A stretch of 64,000 nucleotides of DNA from Rhynchobatus australiae. Taxonomy: Eukaryota. Every line of letters starts with the position of its first letter. The first letter of the stretch is position 1. A model generated the notes under the pieces. It was not told where the DNA came from and did not search any database. It saw only the letters and a list, made by a program, of their open reading frames with translations. Below, in pieces: positions 24,960-36,854 of this stretch. A program made the translations under genes and the position numbers. The DNA lies in NCBI GenBank assembly GCA_034780895.1, contig JAUZTB010000127.1, forward strand, positions 41,312,503 through 41,376,502. The letters are read 5' to 3'.

Positions 24960-27900
24960 GACAGCAAAGTTAACTCCATAGCTCCTCACAAACATCTAAG
25001 AAACTGGAAGAGTTGTCTCACAGAATGGTCAAGCAATAGCCTGATATACTGACATTCACAGAATTAGATCTTACAGTTAACGTGCCTGATTTCTCCATCA
25101 CAATCCCTAGATATGCCCCATCCCACTGAGTTAACACAGCAGTCTTGGCACAGGAGGGAGTGGGTCCACAGCATTGGCTCTAGACGCGGGAATTGTCAGG
25201 GCATTAGGTCATACATGGGAAAAGGAAACCTTCTTATGACTAACACCTACATCCTTCCTTGTGAATCAGTGCTCCTCTGCATTGAACATGCAAGGAACAT
25301 TGAAAGTAATAAGGACACAGAATGTATTCCGGGTGGAGACTTCAATGTCTCACAAACAGGCTTGGCAGCACCACTGCTGATCGAGTCCCAAAGGATAAGG
25401 TTGCCAGACTGGTCTTGTGACAGATACTGAGAGAACCAACACAAGGATTCTTATCTTCAATAATCTGGCAGATGCAACTGTCCATTACAAAGTGGAAGAA
25501 GTGATCAGAGCACAGGTCTTATAGAGACAAGTCCTGTCCTCAGACCAACACCCTCTATCATGCTACTGCAATTGTGATTCAGAAAAGATCTGGCAGCTAA
25601 AAGCTGGGCATCCATGAAACACAAAGGACCATCAGCAGCAGCACAAATGTACAGTAACCTCATGGGTCCAGTTTATCCCTTGACTTACCATTACAATCAA
25701 ACCAGGTATCAACATAGCTCAAGGAGGAGTGCAAGAGGACAAGCCAAGAGCAGCACCAGAGCAACAAAATGAGGTAGCGTCCTGGTAAAGTTACAGGAGG
25801 ACTGCAAGTGTGTGACACACTAAAAGAAGCATGTAATAGACAAAGCTAAGAGATTTCATAAGACCATAAGACATAGGAGCAGACTTAGCTGTTCAGCCCA
25901 TCAAGTCTGCTCTGCCATTTGATTTATGGCTGATTTATTTTTCCCTCTCAACCCCATTCTCCTGTCTTCTCCCCATAACCTTTGATGGCCTTACGAATCA
26001 AGACCCTATCAACCTCTCAACCTCTGCTTTAAATATACCCAATGACTTGACCTCTACAGCCGTCTGTGGCAATGAATTCCACACATTCACCACTTTCTGG
26101 TTAAAGAAATTCCTCCTCATCTCTGTTCTAAAGGGACGTCCTTCTATTCTGAAGCTGTACCCTCTGGTCCTAGACTCTCCCACTACCAGAAACATCCTCT
26201 CCACTACCACTCTATTCAGGCTTTTCAATATTCAGTAGGTTTTAATCCTCTAACCCTTCTAAACTCCAGTGAGTACAGGCCCAGAGCCATCAAATGCTCC
26301 TCATATGTTAACCATTTCATTCACAAATAATGGGTCAGATCAAAGCATTGCATTATTGCTATATCTATGGTTATGTTAGNNNNNNNNNNNNNNNNNNNNN
26401 NNNNNNNNNNNNNNNNNNNNNNNNNNNNNNNNNNNNNNNNNNNNNNNNNNNNNNNNNNNNNNNNNNNNNNNNNNNNNNNCCCAGAGCCATCAAATGCTCC
26501 TCATATGTTAACCCTTTCATTCACAAATAATGGGTCAGATCAAAGCATTGCATTCTTGCTATATCTATGGTTATGTTAGGTATAGCATGGTGAACATTCA
26601 AACAAATAATGGAAAAAGGCTGCCTGAGAATAACTTATCTTCAAGGATGTTGGGCCCTGTATTAGAGCACTAAAGACAAGTTTGAAGCACTTGAACCATC
26701 ATCAGCCAGAAATGATAAGTGGATGCTCACCTTAGCTACCTCCTGAGATCCCCACCATTAAACAAGGCAGCTTCAGCTCACTCCTCATGATATTATGAAA
26801 TAGCTTTGAGCACTGGATGAAGTAAAGGATCTGGGACCAGACAATCTCCCGGCTGTAGTACTGAAGGTCTGTGTTCCAGTACTTCTTGTATCTCCAGCCA
26901 AACTGTTCTATTACAATTATAAAAGTGGCACTCATCCAATATTGTGGAAAATTGCCCAGGGATTCATTTTTCACAAAAATCAGGACCAATTTAATTTAGC
27001 TAAGTATTGCCCAAACAGTCAATTCTCAAAGGGATGTTAGGTGCTACTGTCAGTATTACCAAGTGCCACTTACTCAACGATAACTTGCTCACCAATGTCC
27101 AGTTTTAACTTGCTCACTTGGCTCTAGATCTCATCACAGCCTTGGTCCAAATGGCAGTCAATGGACATCAAAGAGCAAACACTGCAATGGTTGAATTTAT
27201 ACCTCACACAGAGGAAGATGATTATGTCGTTGGAGATCAATCATCCCAGACACAGACCATCTGCAGGAGTTCCTCAGACCCTAACCAACCATCTTCAGCT
27301 GCATCAATGACCTTCTGTCCATCAGAAGGTCAGAAGTGGGTCAGCCGGTATGGAAGACCTCGATAACATTCAGGAGTCAGCTAACAAGTAACGTTTGCAT
27401 GACAGAAGTGCCAGAAATATCTACATAATAAATTAAAAGAGGTTATGTTAGGATACAACTCATCAACAAGACAGAGTCTATCCACCTATTTATGATATTT
27501 AATAATACTGCTATCAATGAATTCCTGATCATCACATCCTAGGGTGTTAGCACTTACCAGACACAGAACTGGACTGGCTACATAAATATCATGATTACAA
27601 GATCAGAAACTGGGTAACCTGTGGTGAGTGATTCATCACCTGACAGCCTAAAGCTTTTCCACCACCTACAAAGCACAAGTCAGGAATGTAATAGAATGCT
27701 CTCCACTTGTCTGAAAAAGTGGAGCCAATTCCACTTAAGAAGATTGACACCATCCAGGATAGAAAAAGCCACTGGACTGGCAGCTCATCCACTATCCTAA
27801 AACATCTATTCCAGGGCACAGCTGGCTGTAGTGTATACCATCTATAAAATGCACTGCAATTTCACTAGCTGCATAAATAGCATGGTTACAACTGTAGGTC

Positions 27901-28442
27901 AGAGGTTGAATATCCTGCTGTGTAACTCATCTCCTGACATCCCAAGGACTTTCCACCATCTACAAGGCACAAGTCAGGAGTGCGATGGAATACTCTCCAT
28001 TTGTCTGGATGAGTGCAACTCCCAACACTCTCAAAAAGCTTAGCACTGTCCAGGACAAAGCAGCCCACAAGGTTGGTACTCAATCTGCCATCCAAAACAT
28101 TCAGTTACTTACCTTGGCTACACCAATCAACACCTTCAAAACCCGCCTCCTGTACTACCAAGAAGGACAAAAGCAGCAGCTACATTAGGACACCACCACC
28201 TGCAGGTTCCATTCCAAGTCATGCAGCATCCTGACTTGGAAATATGTCAATAGTCCTTCATCGTCATGGGGAGTCCATATCCTGGGACACCTTGTCCAAT
28301 AGCATCATAGGAGTACCTTCACCAGAAGGAATGCTATGTTTCAAGAAGGCAGCTTGTGAACAACTTTCTTGAGGCCATTGAGGGATGGGCAATAAATATC
28401 GGGCTTGCCATCAACATCCACATCCCAGAATTGAATATAAAA
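24960..28442 (+). mobile_element. CR1-group (CR1/L2-like) LINE remnant, interrupted by a CR1 insertion and carrying an internal duplication
   Basis: Endonuclease-like GGDFNV (~25330); YKAQVR..MEYSPFVWMSATPNTLKKLSTVQDKAA (27961-28065); 3' tail GGGATGGGCAATAAAT...CACATCCCAGAATTGAATATAAAAAAA. Confidence 0.75.
25856..26320 (-). mobile_element. CR1 (HER1-like) LINE 3' fragment, relatively young
   Basis: ORF 25998-26228: ESRTRGYSFRIEGRPFRTEMRRNFFNQKVVNVWNSLPQTAVE..SLGIFKAEVER is the canonical CR1 ORF2 C-terminus; terminal short repeats CATAAGACCATAAGAC. Confidence 0.9.
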
Positions 28443-28449
28443 AAAGATC

Positions 28450-28840
28450 TTTAGATTCCCTCACCAGAAGAAACTTCCTTTCAGCATCTACTTGTCAAGT
28501 CCCTGCATTTCAATAGGATCACCTCGTTTCCTTCTAAACTCTAGGGAGTATTGGCCCAATTGCTTCATCTTTCATTAGATAACATCTTCATAATTGGAAT
28601 CAATCTGGTGACCTTTCTTCACCTAGTAGGGAATTATATTCTACCTTAAATAAGGTTTCCAAAACTGTATTAGCAAAGTACTCCACAGTTACACTACAGA
28701 TTCCCTACTTCTGTACTCTGCTACCCCTTTGCAAAAAAGCCAACATCCCAATTTCCTTTCTCATTGCTTGGTTTACCTGCTTGCTTGCTTTGTATTTCTT
28801 GTATGCAGACACAAGGATCTCTCTGAAAACCAACATTCAA
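28450..28840 (-). mobile_element. Degraded CR1 LINE fragment
   Basis: AAACTTCCTTTCAGCATCTACTTGTCAAGTCCC...CTTCTAAACTCTAGGGAGTATTGGCCCAA parallels the CR1 copy at 26190-26290. Confidence 0.55.
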
Positions 28841-29089
28841 TAATTTCACACTATGCTCTGTTTTTCTATTCTCCTCTATCCTTTCACACCTTCCTGAAAG
28901 ATACAACTTTCAATTTTGATATCACCCTTGTGGTTTTGTTTTATANNNNNNNNNNNNNNNNNNNNNNNNNNNNNNNNNNNNNNNNNNNNNNNNNNNNNNN
29001 NNNNNNNNNNNNNNNNNNNNNNNNNNNNNNNNNNNNNNNNNNNNNTACGTTCTTTAATGCCTCTCTATCTTATATGCATGCACCTTAGC

Positions 29090-29235
29090 ACTTGGATGGG
29101 TACATGGGTAGGAAAAGTTTGGAGGGATATGGGCCAAACATGGTCATATGGGACTAGCTTAGAAGGGAATCTTGGTCAGCATGGACCAGTTGGGCTGAAG
29201 GACCTGTTTCCATGCTGCATTAATCTATGACTCCT
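29090..29235 (+). mobile_element. CR1 3' UTR remnant
   Basis: GGAGGGATATGGGCCAAAC...GGTCAGCATGGACCAGTTGGGCTGAAGGACCTGTTTCCATGCTG..TCTATGACT, same as 61260-61330. Confidence 0.75.
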
Positions 29236-29369
29236 AGGATCTGCTAATGCTGCACTCTTATTATAGAAAAATACATTTTGATTGTACAAAAAATCTGATC
29301 AGACTGCCATGCTAGTTTCACTTCACAGCACATCACCCTTTGCCATTTCTACTATATGCAATGCAATCC

Positions 29370-30000
29370 CACCACTAGCCACATTTTCTTCACCCCACCA
29401 TCTTCTGCAGGGATCACACCCTCTGTAACTCCCTGGTCCACTCATCCCTACTCACCAACCCCTCCTTGACCCCTGGCACTTTTCCTCTGCGACACTGGTC
29501 CCTACACCTCCTCCCTCACCACTATCCTGAGACCTAAACACCGTTTCAGGTCAGGCAAAGATTCATCTACGATTCCTCCAACCTAGTCTACTGCATTCAG
29601 TGCTCCCGATGTAGCCTCCTCTGCATCGGCGAGTCCAAGCGCAGACTCACAGTTTTGCAGAACATCCACGCTCTGTCACAGTGGCTATCCCAAGCTCCCA
29701 GTTGCATGCCATTTCAATTCTTCTTCCCATTCCCACACCAACCCGTCCATCCTCTGCCTTCTCCAATGCCAGGGTGAGGCCCAATGTAAATAAAGCCCTC
29801 CCCTAACTGGCCAGACCTGTCCGTCATCCTTCACCTCTCCTCAGTCCACCAATCACCTTGGGTGTGTGTCTCACCACTCCGATCTCCTCTTATACTGGTC
29901 ATCTCCCTTCGCTACTCTTAGTCCTGATGCAGGGTTTCGACCTGAAACATCAACAACTCCATTCCCCTCCCAGATGATGTTCAACCCGCTGACTTCATCT
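29370..30000 (+). mobile_element. Penelope-like element remnant (GIY-YIG plus hammerhead terminus)
   Basis: FQVRQRFIYDSSNLVYCIQCSRCSLLCIGESKRRL (29544-29648); downstream AGTCCTGATGCAGGGTTTCGACCTGAAACATC at 29920-29951. Confidence 0.85.
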
Positions 30001-31456
30001 GTTTAAAACTCTATCAACATTCAAGTCATGGAAGGGGAGCTAAATGTAAATGAAACAATTATTCTCTGTTCAACTGACTTCCATCCATTGATCCAATAAT
30101 GGATCAGCTGCAATCCTGCCAAAGAATTGCGTTCNNNNNNNNNNGTAATAGCAGAACACATCTAAACTATCCAAATAAATCTAGCAATCTTGCTGCTAAC
30201 TTTATTGAACCCCTCAATGTTCGTTCTAAGCAGATGATCATGAACTCAGTGGAACTGGACCTAATCACACAGTCCACATGGTATTCACATCCACACGACC
30301 CTCATTGATCCTTTCAGCCCTATTTGAAAATCTTTTCAATAGTAAAGATCAGGAAACAGAAGTAAAGCCACTATGATATTGATCCTTCCCATCAAAGCAC
30401 AATAAATTCCATTAATTCATTAAATCTTGTGCTGGCCCTTGAAACTGAACAGGTGGTTAAGGCTGAATTTACTCCACTAATGCAAAAAAAAATCCAGATC
30501 AGTGTGGTTAAAAAAAGCTCTTTAACAGGGCAACGTAATTAGCAGAGTTCTAAAATAGACTGGATTAAAATGGTTGGGGAGCTCATTAAATGTTTCTCAA
30601 TGGATATGCTCCCTCTGACTGAGATACATTAATTATCCAGCTACAAATTTACAAACTTAACATTAGAATGTTGAAAAAAAATTACACTGAAAAGCCTTTT
30701 ACCAGCTTGACTTGACAGGGAAAAGGATGTATCACTGGTTGTGCATGGGACTTATGTTGACATCATTCTTGTCATTTCAATTGCAATATTTGTTCAGGTA
30801 AGCAAGAGACAAGAAAGTAAAAGAGTGATGAATTTGAGAGTATTTAGTGGAGTACTACATTGGAGTGCCATTGTTGTATTCATGATGTGGTGAAATCCAG
30901 GTCTTGTCATTCATTCCANNNNNNNNNNNNNNNNNNNNNNNNNNNNNNNNNNNNNNNNNNNNNNNNNNNNNNNNNNNNNNNNNNNNNNNNNNNNNNNNNN
31001 NNNNNNNNNNNNNNNNNNATTTAGTACTGAAACAAAAAAGGACATAGTTTGGATCTGCAGATTTAGCTGATATCCAGAAAGGCATTAGGATCCCCTACAG
31101 GCTAAGAAAAGTAAGTCAGCTACTTTTGGTTATTTCCCAATGTCTCTTCACCACATCTCTCCCAGTCCCTTCTTTCCCCTTCCCCAATGGAAAGTGTGTA
31201 TGTAGAATGAGGGGGAAAAACTGGGCTTGACTGTTATACCTAACACAATTGTGGTCACAATGGTGGACACCCACTGCCACCTTCACAACCTCTCATGTGC
31301 CACATCTTNNNNNNNNNNGGTGGGGTGGGGGCAGGAGAAAAGTGTCCAATAAAAGAAAAAATATTTTAAAAATTTCATTTTGAAATTGTGGATTTTTTTT
31401 TTGTATATGTTTACAAAGCTTCCCCATTTCCAACACTTCTACTCTTTTCTCATCAG

Positions 31457-31652
31457 CTCCTTACATGGATTGCGGACCCACCAAGCACAGTTGCAATGAT
31501 GACAATCGCCCCTGATTTCCATGGAACACGCCATGAAGCTCTACTTACAGGCCTCAGGAAGTTCACAAAATACTACACATCTGTATTGTGTTTTACAACA
31601 CCAGGCGATGGTCCCAAGAGTCCACCCAAGATGATTCAGACCCATGAAGATA
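31457..31652 (+). CDS. SDK1: Sidekick cell adhesion molecule 1, internal fibronectin type III exon (196 nt, phase 0 start, phase 1 end)
   Basis: Pyrimidine tract plus CAG acceptor (31454-31456) and GTGAGT donor (31653). Encodes [65 protein letters not shown], matching the recalled SDK1 segment LLAW...TIAPDFHG...[21 protein letters not shown]...TQED. [8 protein letters not shown] favours SDK1 over SDK2. Confidence 0.9.
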
Positions 31653-32039
31653 GTGAGTACTTGAGGACTGTCGCTTGGATCTGTAGTCATTTTGCTCTGT
31701 AACTTCATTCACAGGGATGCTTGAAAAGGATCTGTAGCTCTGTCAGAGCCAATTTGAACTACAGGGTGATGAGGAAGATGGCCATGCAGTAAGTTGAAAG
31801 CAAGAAAGTGGCAAAAGTGAGAAAATGCAGAGTCTACAAAACCCAAGGAAGAAGCGAAACATTCCTTTGTTTAAATTTTTAGACAGGAAAGTCCAGAAGA
31901 GCACATTGATGTGCTGGTTTAAAGTTATCTTTACCTCATTCTTTGGTTTTGTCAATGTTCATAGTTACCTGTTTTTCCCTCATATATATAGCACCTTGAA
32001 CAAATTGAATAAATGTATCTGCATTGACTTATACATTAC

Positions 32040-33600
32040 ATGAGATTTCTTTAACATAAAAAAGTCACTACAGATCAGGCACCACAAGAACTTGATAGAG
32101 TAAGGTCTCGATCAAGGAATAGAGGAGTGCAAGATGATTGGAGCAACATGGACATTAGCACACATATGCAAGTAGGCATGCGAGTGGTCATCTGTCAGAA
32201 CATTCACGCTCTTGTGCACACGCAAGTGAGCTCAGGCACAGATCATCTTACCCATGTCATACTCCTCATGGACACCCCCAAGAGCTCTAGGACTGTACAT
32301 GACTCTAATATTATTGCTCTGGAAATCCAACACTTTGACATCACTATCCTAAGAGACACATGATGCGCAGGAGATGGCCAGGTCATAGGACAAGATGATT
32401 GATGAATTTAGGAGAAGACCTCCATCTTTCTAAGGTTGGTTTTACTGTCAAGAATGAGTTATTTTGTCATCTTAGTTTCTGCACCTGTGCAATATGTAAA
32501 TGTCTCATGACTCTTCAGCTCACCTGAATGAAAATCCAGCATACTACAGGCATCAATACATAACCAAAACCTTGGAAACAATGGATATGGGCAATGAGGA
32601 ATTCTACTCCAATCTGGATAAGCCCTCCCGCACATCCCAGAGAGAGACAAATTAATCTTCCTCAGTGATTTTTAATGATGTGATTGGCAAGAAGGAAGAA
32701 AGTAAGGCTACTCCAGTGGAGTCTACCTCCTTATGAAATGTTTAGAGCATGTTACTGTCATACCTAATACTCTGTAACACCAGAGAGACAAGCACATGAC
32801 CTCATGATATCAACTTTGTTCTGGGGCAGTCATCAGTTAAATAAGGGACACCAAAGTATGTCTACATCAGCTCCACCATGACAAGCACCTATGATTGTTG
32901 GATTGATCACCAACTAATCCATTCTATCACTTCCATCAACCTGGCCTCAAAAGAATGGCAGTGATAGAAACATTGCTGCAAGAAAATACATGTTGGAAGT
33001 TTCAAAGATCCCAGAAAGATAGCTCTTCTCAGACAGCCTTATGATACCCAAGTGACAAAAGCTAGAGGGTTGATGGTGTTTGGGCTTTCCAAGGTCTACC
33101 ATAATTAGAATCTATGAAGAGACAACAGCATCCTCTCACAGGTCAATAACCCCAACATTGAGGCCCCTATTACACGCTTTTCATTCCAACGGGCAGATGA
33201 CAAATTTGCAGCCCAACACCAGATACCCAAAACAAACATGATATTCCAAGCTCCATCTTGGCAAGAGATTACCAGATGAACAGCAAACAGATTCAAGGAT
33301 GTAATCAAAATTTTCACGACAAACTGCAACATCTCCATTGATTTGTGGGGACCCCTAACCCATGATTGCTCAAAATCGACAAGCAGAATTCAGGAAAACA
33401 TCGAGAACTCTTGAGTCTATGTGTCGGGAGCATACAGAAGCTCAGTGTAAATGGCAGAAAGAACAGCGCCTCCCAAAACACCTGACTTGTTAAACACCTC
33501 CTGCGCCTCAGTGGTCTCAGCAGCGACACTGCCCATAGAACTGGAGGGGAAACAAGTTATCATCAATATCCAGTGACTGCCTAAGACAGTGGATTTTGTC
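32040..33600 (+). mobile_element. Degraded, internally deleted RTE-clade LINE
   Basis: 5' endonuclease remnants (NIHALV.. / ..IIALEIQHFDITILRDT, RLMTL-like ATGTCTCATGACTCTTCAGC) followed by C-terminal remnants (DEQQTDSRM.SKFSRQTATS) like other RTE copies in the window. Confidence 0.6.
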
Positions 33601-34932
33601 CAAGTTACTTGGTGTTCCCAGAGTTGCCTCTTCAAATCAGCTAATCAAATTATTGGCAACTTTACCAATTTGCATTGAATATCTCAATCCAATTCATTAA
33701 TTTAAATCATGCTCCATGGTAGTTCCAAAAGCAATTGCTGGGAAATTCCACCCATCTCAAAGGTCTTATACTTTAAATTCCATCCACTTTATCTTTCATT
33801 CTCCAAGACACATCTTTAATCATCACCATTTTGAACTCTAAGTGCACCACATTGTAAAGATTTCCACAGCCCATATGGGTTGTCATTTCTTCAAAATGCC
33901 ATGTTTGGTCAAGTGCAATTTCTTTCCTTTTATGAGTGCTTGTAAGGTTGCTGTTATACAGATAATCACTCAATTTCATCTGCTAAGTGGTGTCAATTTG
34001 ATCAGTCTAAAGCAAGTTTAGTTCATTCTGCTACCTTTTTACAGGAGGAAAATGAACTAATTTTTTTTCCAGGTGAAATATGATTATATTAGTTAATTTC
34101 ATAAAGATGTAGAAATATAATTTCAGATTTCCACTGTGAGAGGTGTGTAGGGTCTAGTGCGTTACGAACCAAGCAAAAGGCTTAGTAAAGGACAATGCAG
34201 AATTTTAAGTCATTATGTCTTAGTTTCTCTTACTGAGAAATGCTCTAACTATAAATCACCTTTTATTACTTCCCTCTCAATCCTCGACAAGTGGGATTAA
34301 TTTTCTCTCACATATGTGCATCTGCTTCAGATTTCAGCTCTTCTAAGAATCAAACTTCCATGGATACAATTTTTAGAAAGATCACTTTTTAACAGCAACA
34401 ATTCGTGAGCACATGTTCCAGCACTGAACAAGCCTAAGAATCAGTCTCATCGGTGTCAGCCATGGCTGAGTACTAATGTTGCTTAGATATATGTCACTTG
34501 ATTCTTCCCTGACAATTGCTGTAATAAAGACTGCTGATACTACTAGAATTAATAATTAATAAATTAAGAGGCATCAACTACTCCTTGGCAAATGATCAAT
34601 GATGATAACGACAGTCAAAGATCTACAAAACTTAGCAGAACCATGAAGGGTGGATTTGAATGACAGACAGCCTTAAGACTATAACTGGTGGCAATCCTGA
34701 AATACAAGCTCCCATGTAACAACATGCCACTGAGAATCACAGAGCAATCTGAATCAACAGGAAAGGAAACCATCAACAAATAATTCTTATTAAAAATTAA
34801 ATTCCACTATTTTGTGGTAAGCATGGTGAATCTCAGCTGGAAACTAGTCTGTGACAAAGAGAAATAAAAACATTGCTTCAAATGCAACCTGTTCTGGCAA
34901 TGCTGCACTCTCCCCACTCCTTGCGCTCTTAC

Positions 34933-35123
34933 CTTGAACATCAGACAGTCATCCTGGTGNNNNNNNNNNNNNNNNNNNNNNNNNNNNNNNNNNNNNNNNN
35001 NNNNNNNNNNNNNNNNNNNNNNNNNNNNNNNNNNNNNNNNNNNNNNNNNNNNNNNNNNNNTCTGGAATACCTCCTTCAATCTTTGGTTCTTCAACTCTGC
35101 GCTGCTCACTTGCTTGCGCATCT
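34933..35123 (-). CDS. MAD1L1: Mitotic spindle assembly checkpoint protein MAD1, penultimate coding exon (191 nt, centre masked by 101 N)
   Basis: (E)MRKQVSSAELKNQRLKEVFQ-[34 codons]-HQDDCLMFK matches the recalled human ELKKQVESAELKNQRLKEVFQ-[34 aa]-HPGDCLIFK. GTAAGA donor follows directly (34932-34927). Pyrimidine tract upstream, but the expected acceptor reads CGG. Confidence 0.92.
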
Positions 35124-35850
35124 CCGAAGACAAAAATTGGGAAATATTATTTGATCATTGCTAAATGGTAGACATAAATCAATTTTGTGATTTAATGAAA
35201 GCTCCAGTGGCAATCAAATCTACAACATTTCAAAATTATAAATCTGCCATCTAATTGGATGGGCACTGATAGATTTTATGGAATAAAATGGATGCAAAGC
35301 TTTAACCTTATGAGCGGTTCAGACAACATATGAAACAAAGAACATAGACTCATTAACCAACTCAGTGTTGTCAATAAAAGGTTATTGTTACAGTTCAACA
35401 ATAGGTTATTAATCACATTGCAGGGCTTGAAGGCATAAAACATCCCCCAATCAGTCACAATTTTAATTTGGTTGCAGTTTCTATGGGGCCCAACATCCCT
35501 CTAAAGAATAAATTTCTTCCATTTCAGCACTGTCCCTTCAAACAAATGTCACAGATGTTTCCACTCAAATAGTAAAAACTGGAATCATATTTTAATTACA
35601 GCCAAAGATGGTGATGAGCCCAAACCACTGTAGAATTCCTTTATTGTTGGGTAACTTTGCATATATGCCAAGAAATGTGTGTTCCATGAACACAACTAGA
35701 GCTATAACAAGAAAGTGGTTCCTGGATATTAGAAACATCACAAGTTAATTTTCATGAATTAATCATTGGACCCATAAATAAATGATGATCATTAATAAAC
35801 CCAAGAGGAAGTTAAAGAGGAACTCCTTTATCCAGAGTGGTTAGAAAATG

Positions 35851-35945
35851 GCCCTGATGCAGGTTCTTGATTTGAGACATCGACTACATCTCTGTCTCCA
35901 CAGATGTTGCTTGACCTGCTGAGTTCCTCCAGCAGTTTGTTTTTT
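35851..35945 (+). mobile_element. Penelope-derived terminal repeat with degenerate hammerhead, inserted in an old CR1 3' remnant (~35800-36155)
   Basis: CCTGATGCAGGTTCTTGATTTGAGACATCGAC...CCACAGATGTTGCTTGACCTGCTGAGTTCCTCCAGCAG; the flanks (CAGAGTGGTTAGAA / TGAAACTTGGTACCACAAGG) are CR1-like. Confidence 0.65.
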
Positions 35946-36284
35946 GGCTGGAATATGAAACTTGGTACCACAAGGCATTGTTGAAGCAAGCAGTATTGGT
36001 ACACCTCAGATCAACACATAAGTAGGAGAAAGGAATAGAAGTATATGCTGACAGTGAACAATGGGAAAGATAGAAGGCAGCTTATGTGGTACATAAAACC
36101 AAGGAGGACCACTTGGGTGGAATAGCCTGATGGACACATATTATGTAATTTTATGCAGTAAAGTGACAGATGCAATCTGTTTTAAGACTAATCTCAACAT
36201 GATGTTTCCAAGACCTTGATTATTGTGCTGTTATTGATAGCCTGATAAAATATAAGAAACAGGAGCAGAGGTAGGCCAAATTAC

Positions 36285-36854
36285 ACTGGATTACTCCCAG
36301 TGCCACGTGCTAGCAAGGTCAGAAATAGAAAAATAAGCCAGATAAATTTGTGGCTGAGGGGCTGGTACAGGGGGCAGGGATTCAGGTTCTTGGACCATTG
36401 GGATCTCTTCTGGGGTAGAGGTGACCTGGTCAAGAGGGACTTGAACGAGAGAGGGACCAATATCCTTGCAGGGAAATTTGCAAGTGCTTCACAGGAGGGT
36501 TCAAACCAGATTGGCAGGGGGATGAGATTCTGAGCTGGAGCAAGTCATGGAATAAGGCTACAGCCAGTGAGAGCAAGCTTAGCAATCAGGATAGCCAGGG
36601 CATAGTAAAAGGAGGGAAAGGAATACCCAGTTAATCTGCATTTATTCAATGCACGAGGTTTAACATGTAAGGCAAATGAACTCAGAGCATGGATTGGCTC
36701 TTGAGGACTGGGATTTTATAGCCATAACAGAGACTTGGCTGAGAGAAGGGCAGGACTGGCAGCTCAGCTTTCCAGGATACAGATGCTACAGGCGCGACAG
36801 AGGTACAGGTAAATGAGGAGGGAGTGTTGTCTTTTCGATAAGGGAGGATGTAAC
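36285..36854 (+). mobile_element. CR1 LINE ORF1 end (SGNH esterase) and ORF2 start (APE endonuclease)
   Basis: LLPVPRASKVRNRKISQINLWLRGWYRGQGFRFLDHWDLFWGRGDL..RD.LNERGTNILAG, then NARGLTCKANELRAWI...DFIAITETWLREGQDWQLSFPGYRCYRRDR; runs into an 827-N gap. Confidence 0.9.

Noticed and set aside
26280-26579. 100-bp direct repeat on both sides of a 100-N gap
   Set aside because: The copies differ at two bases and abut a standard-size gap; most likely an unmerged contig overlap or two alleles rather than a real duplication.
31388-31702. 104-aa ORF as a standalone gene
   Set aside because: Only 31457-31652 is exon; the flanks are intronic read-through past clear splice sites.
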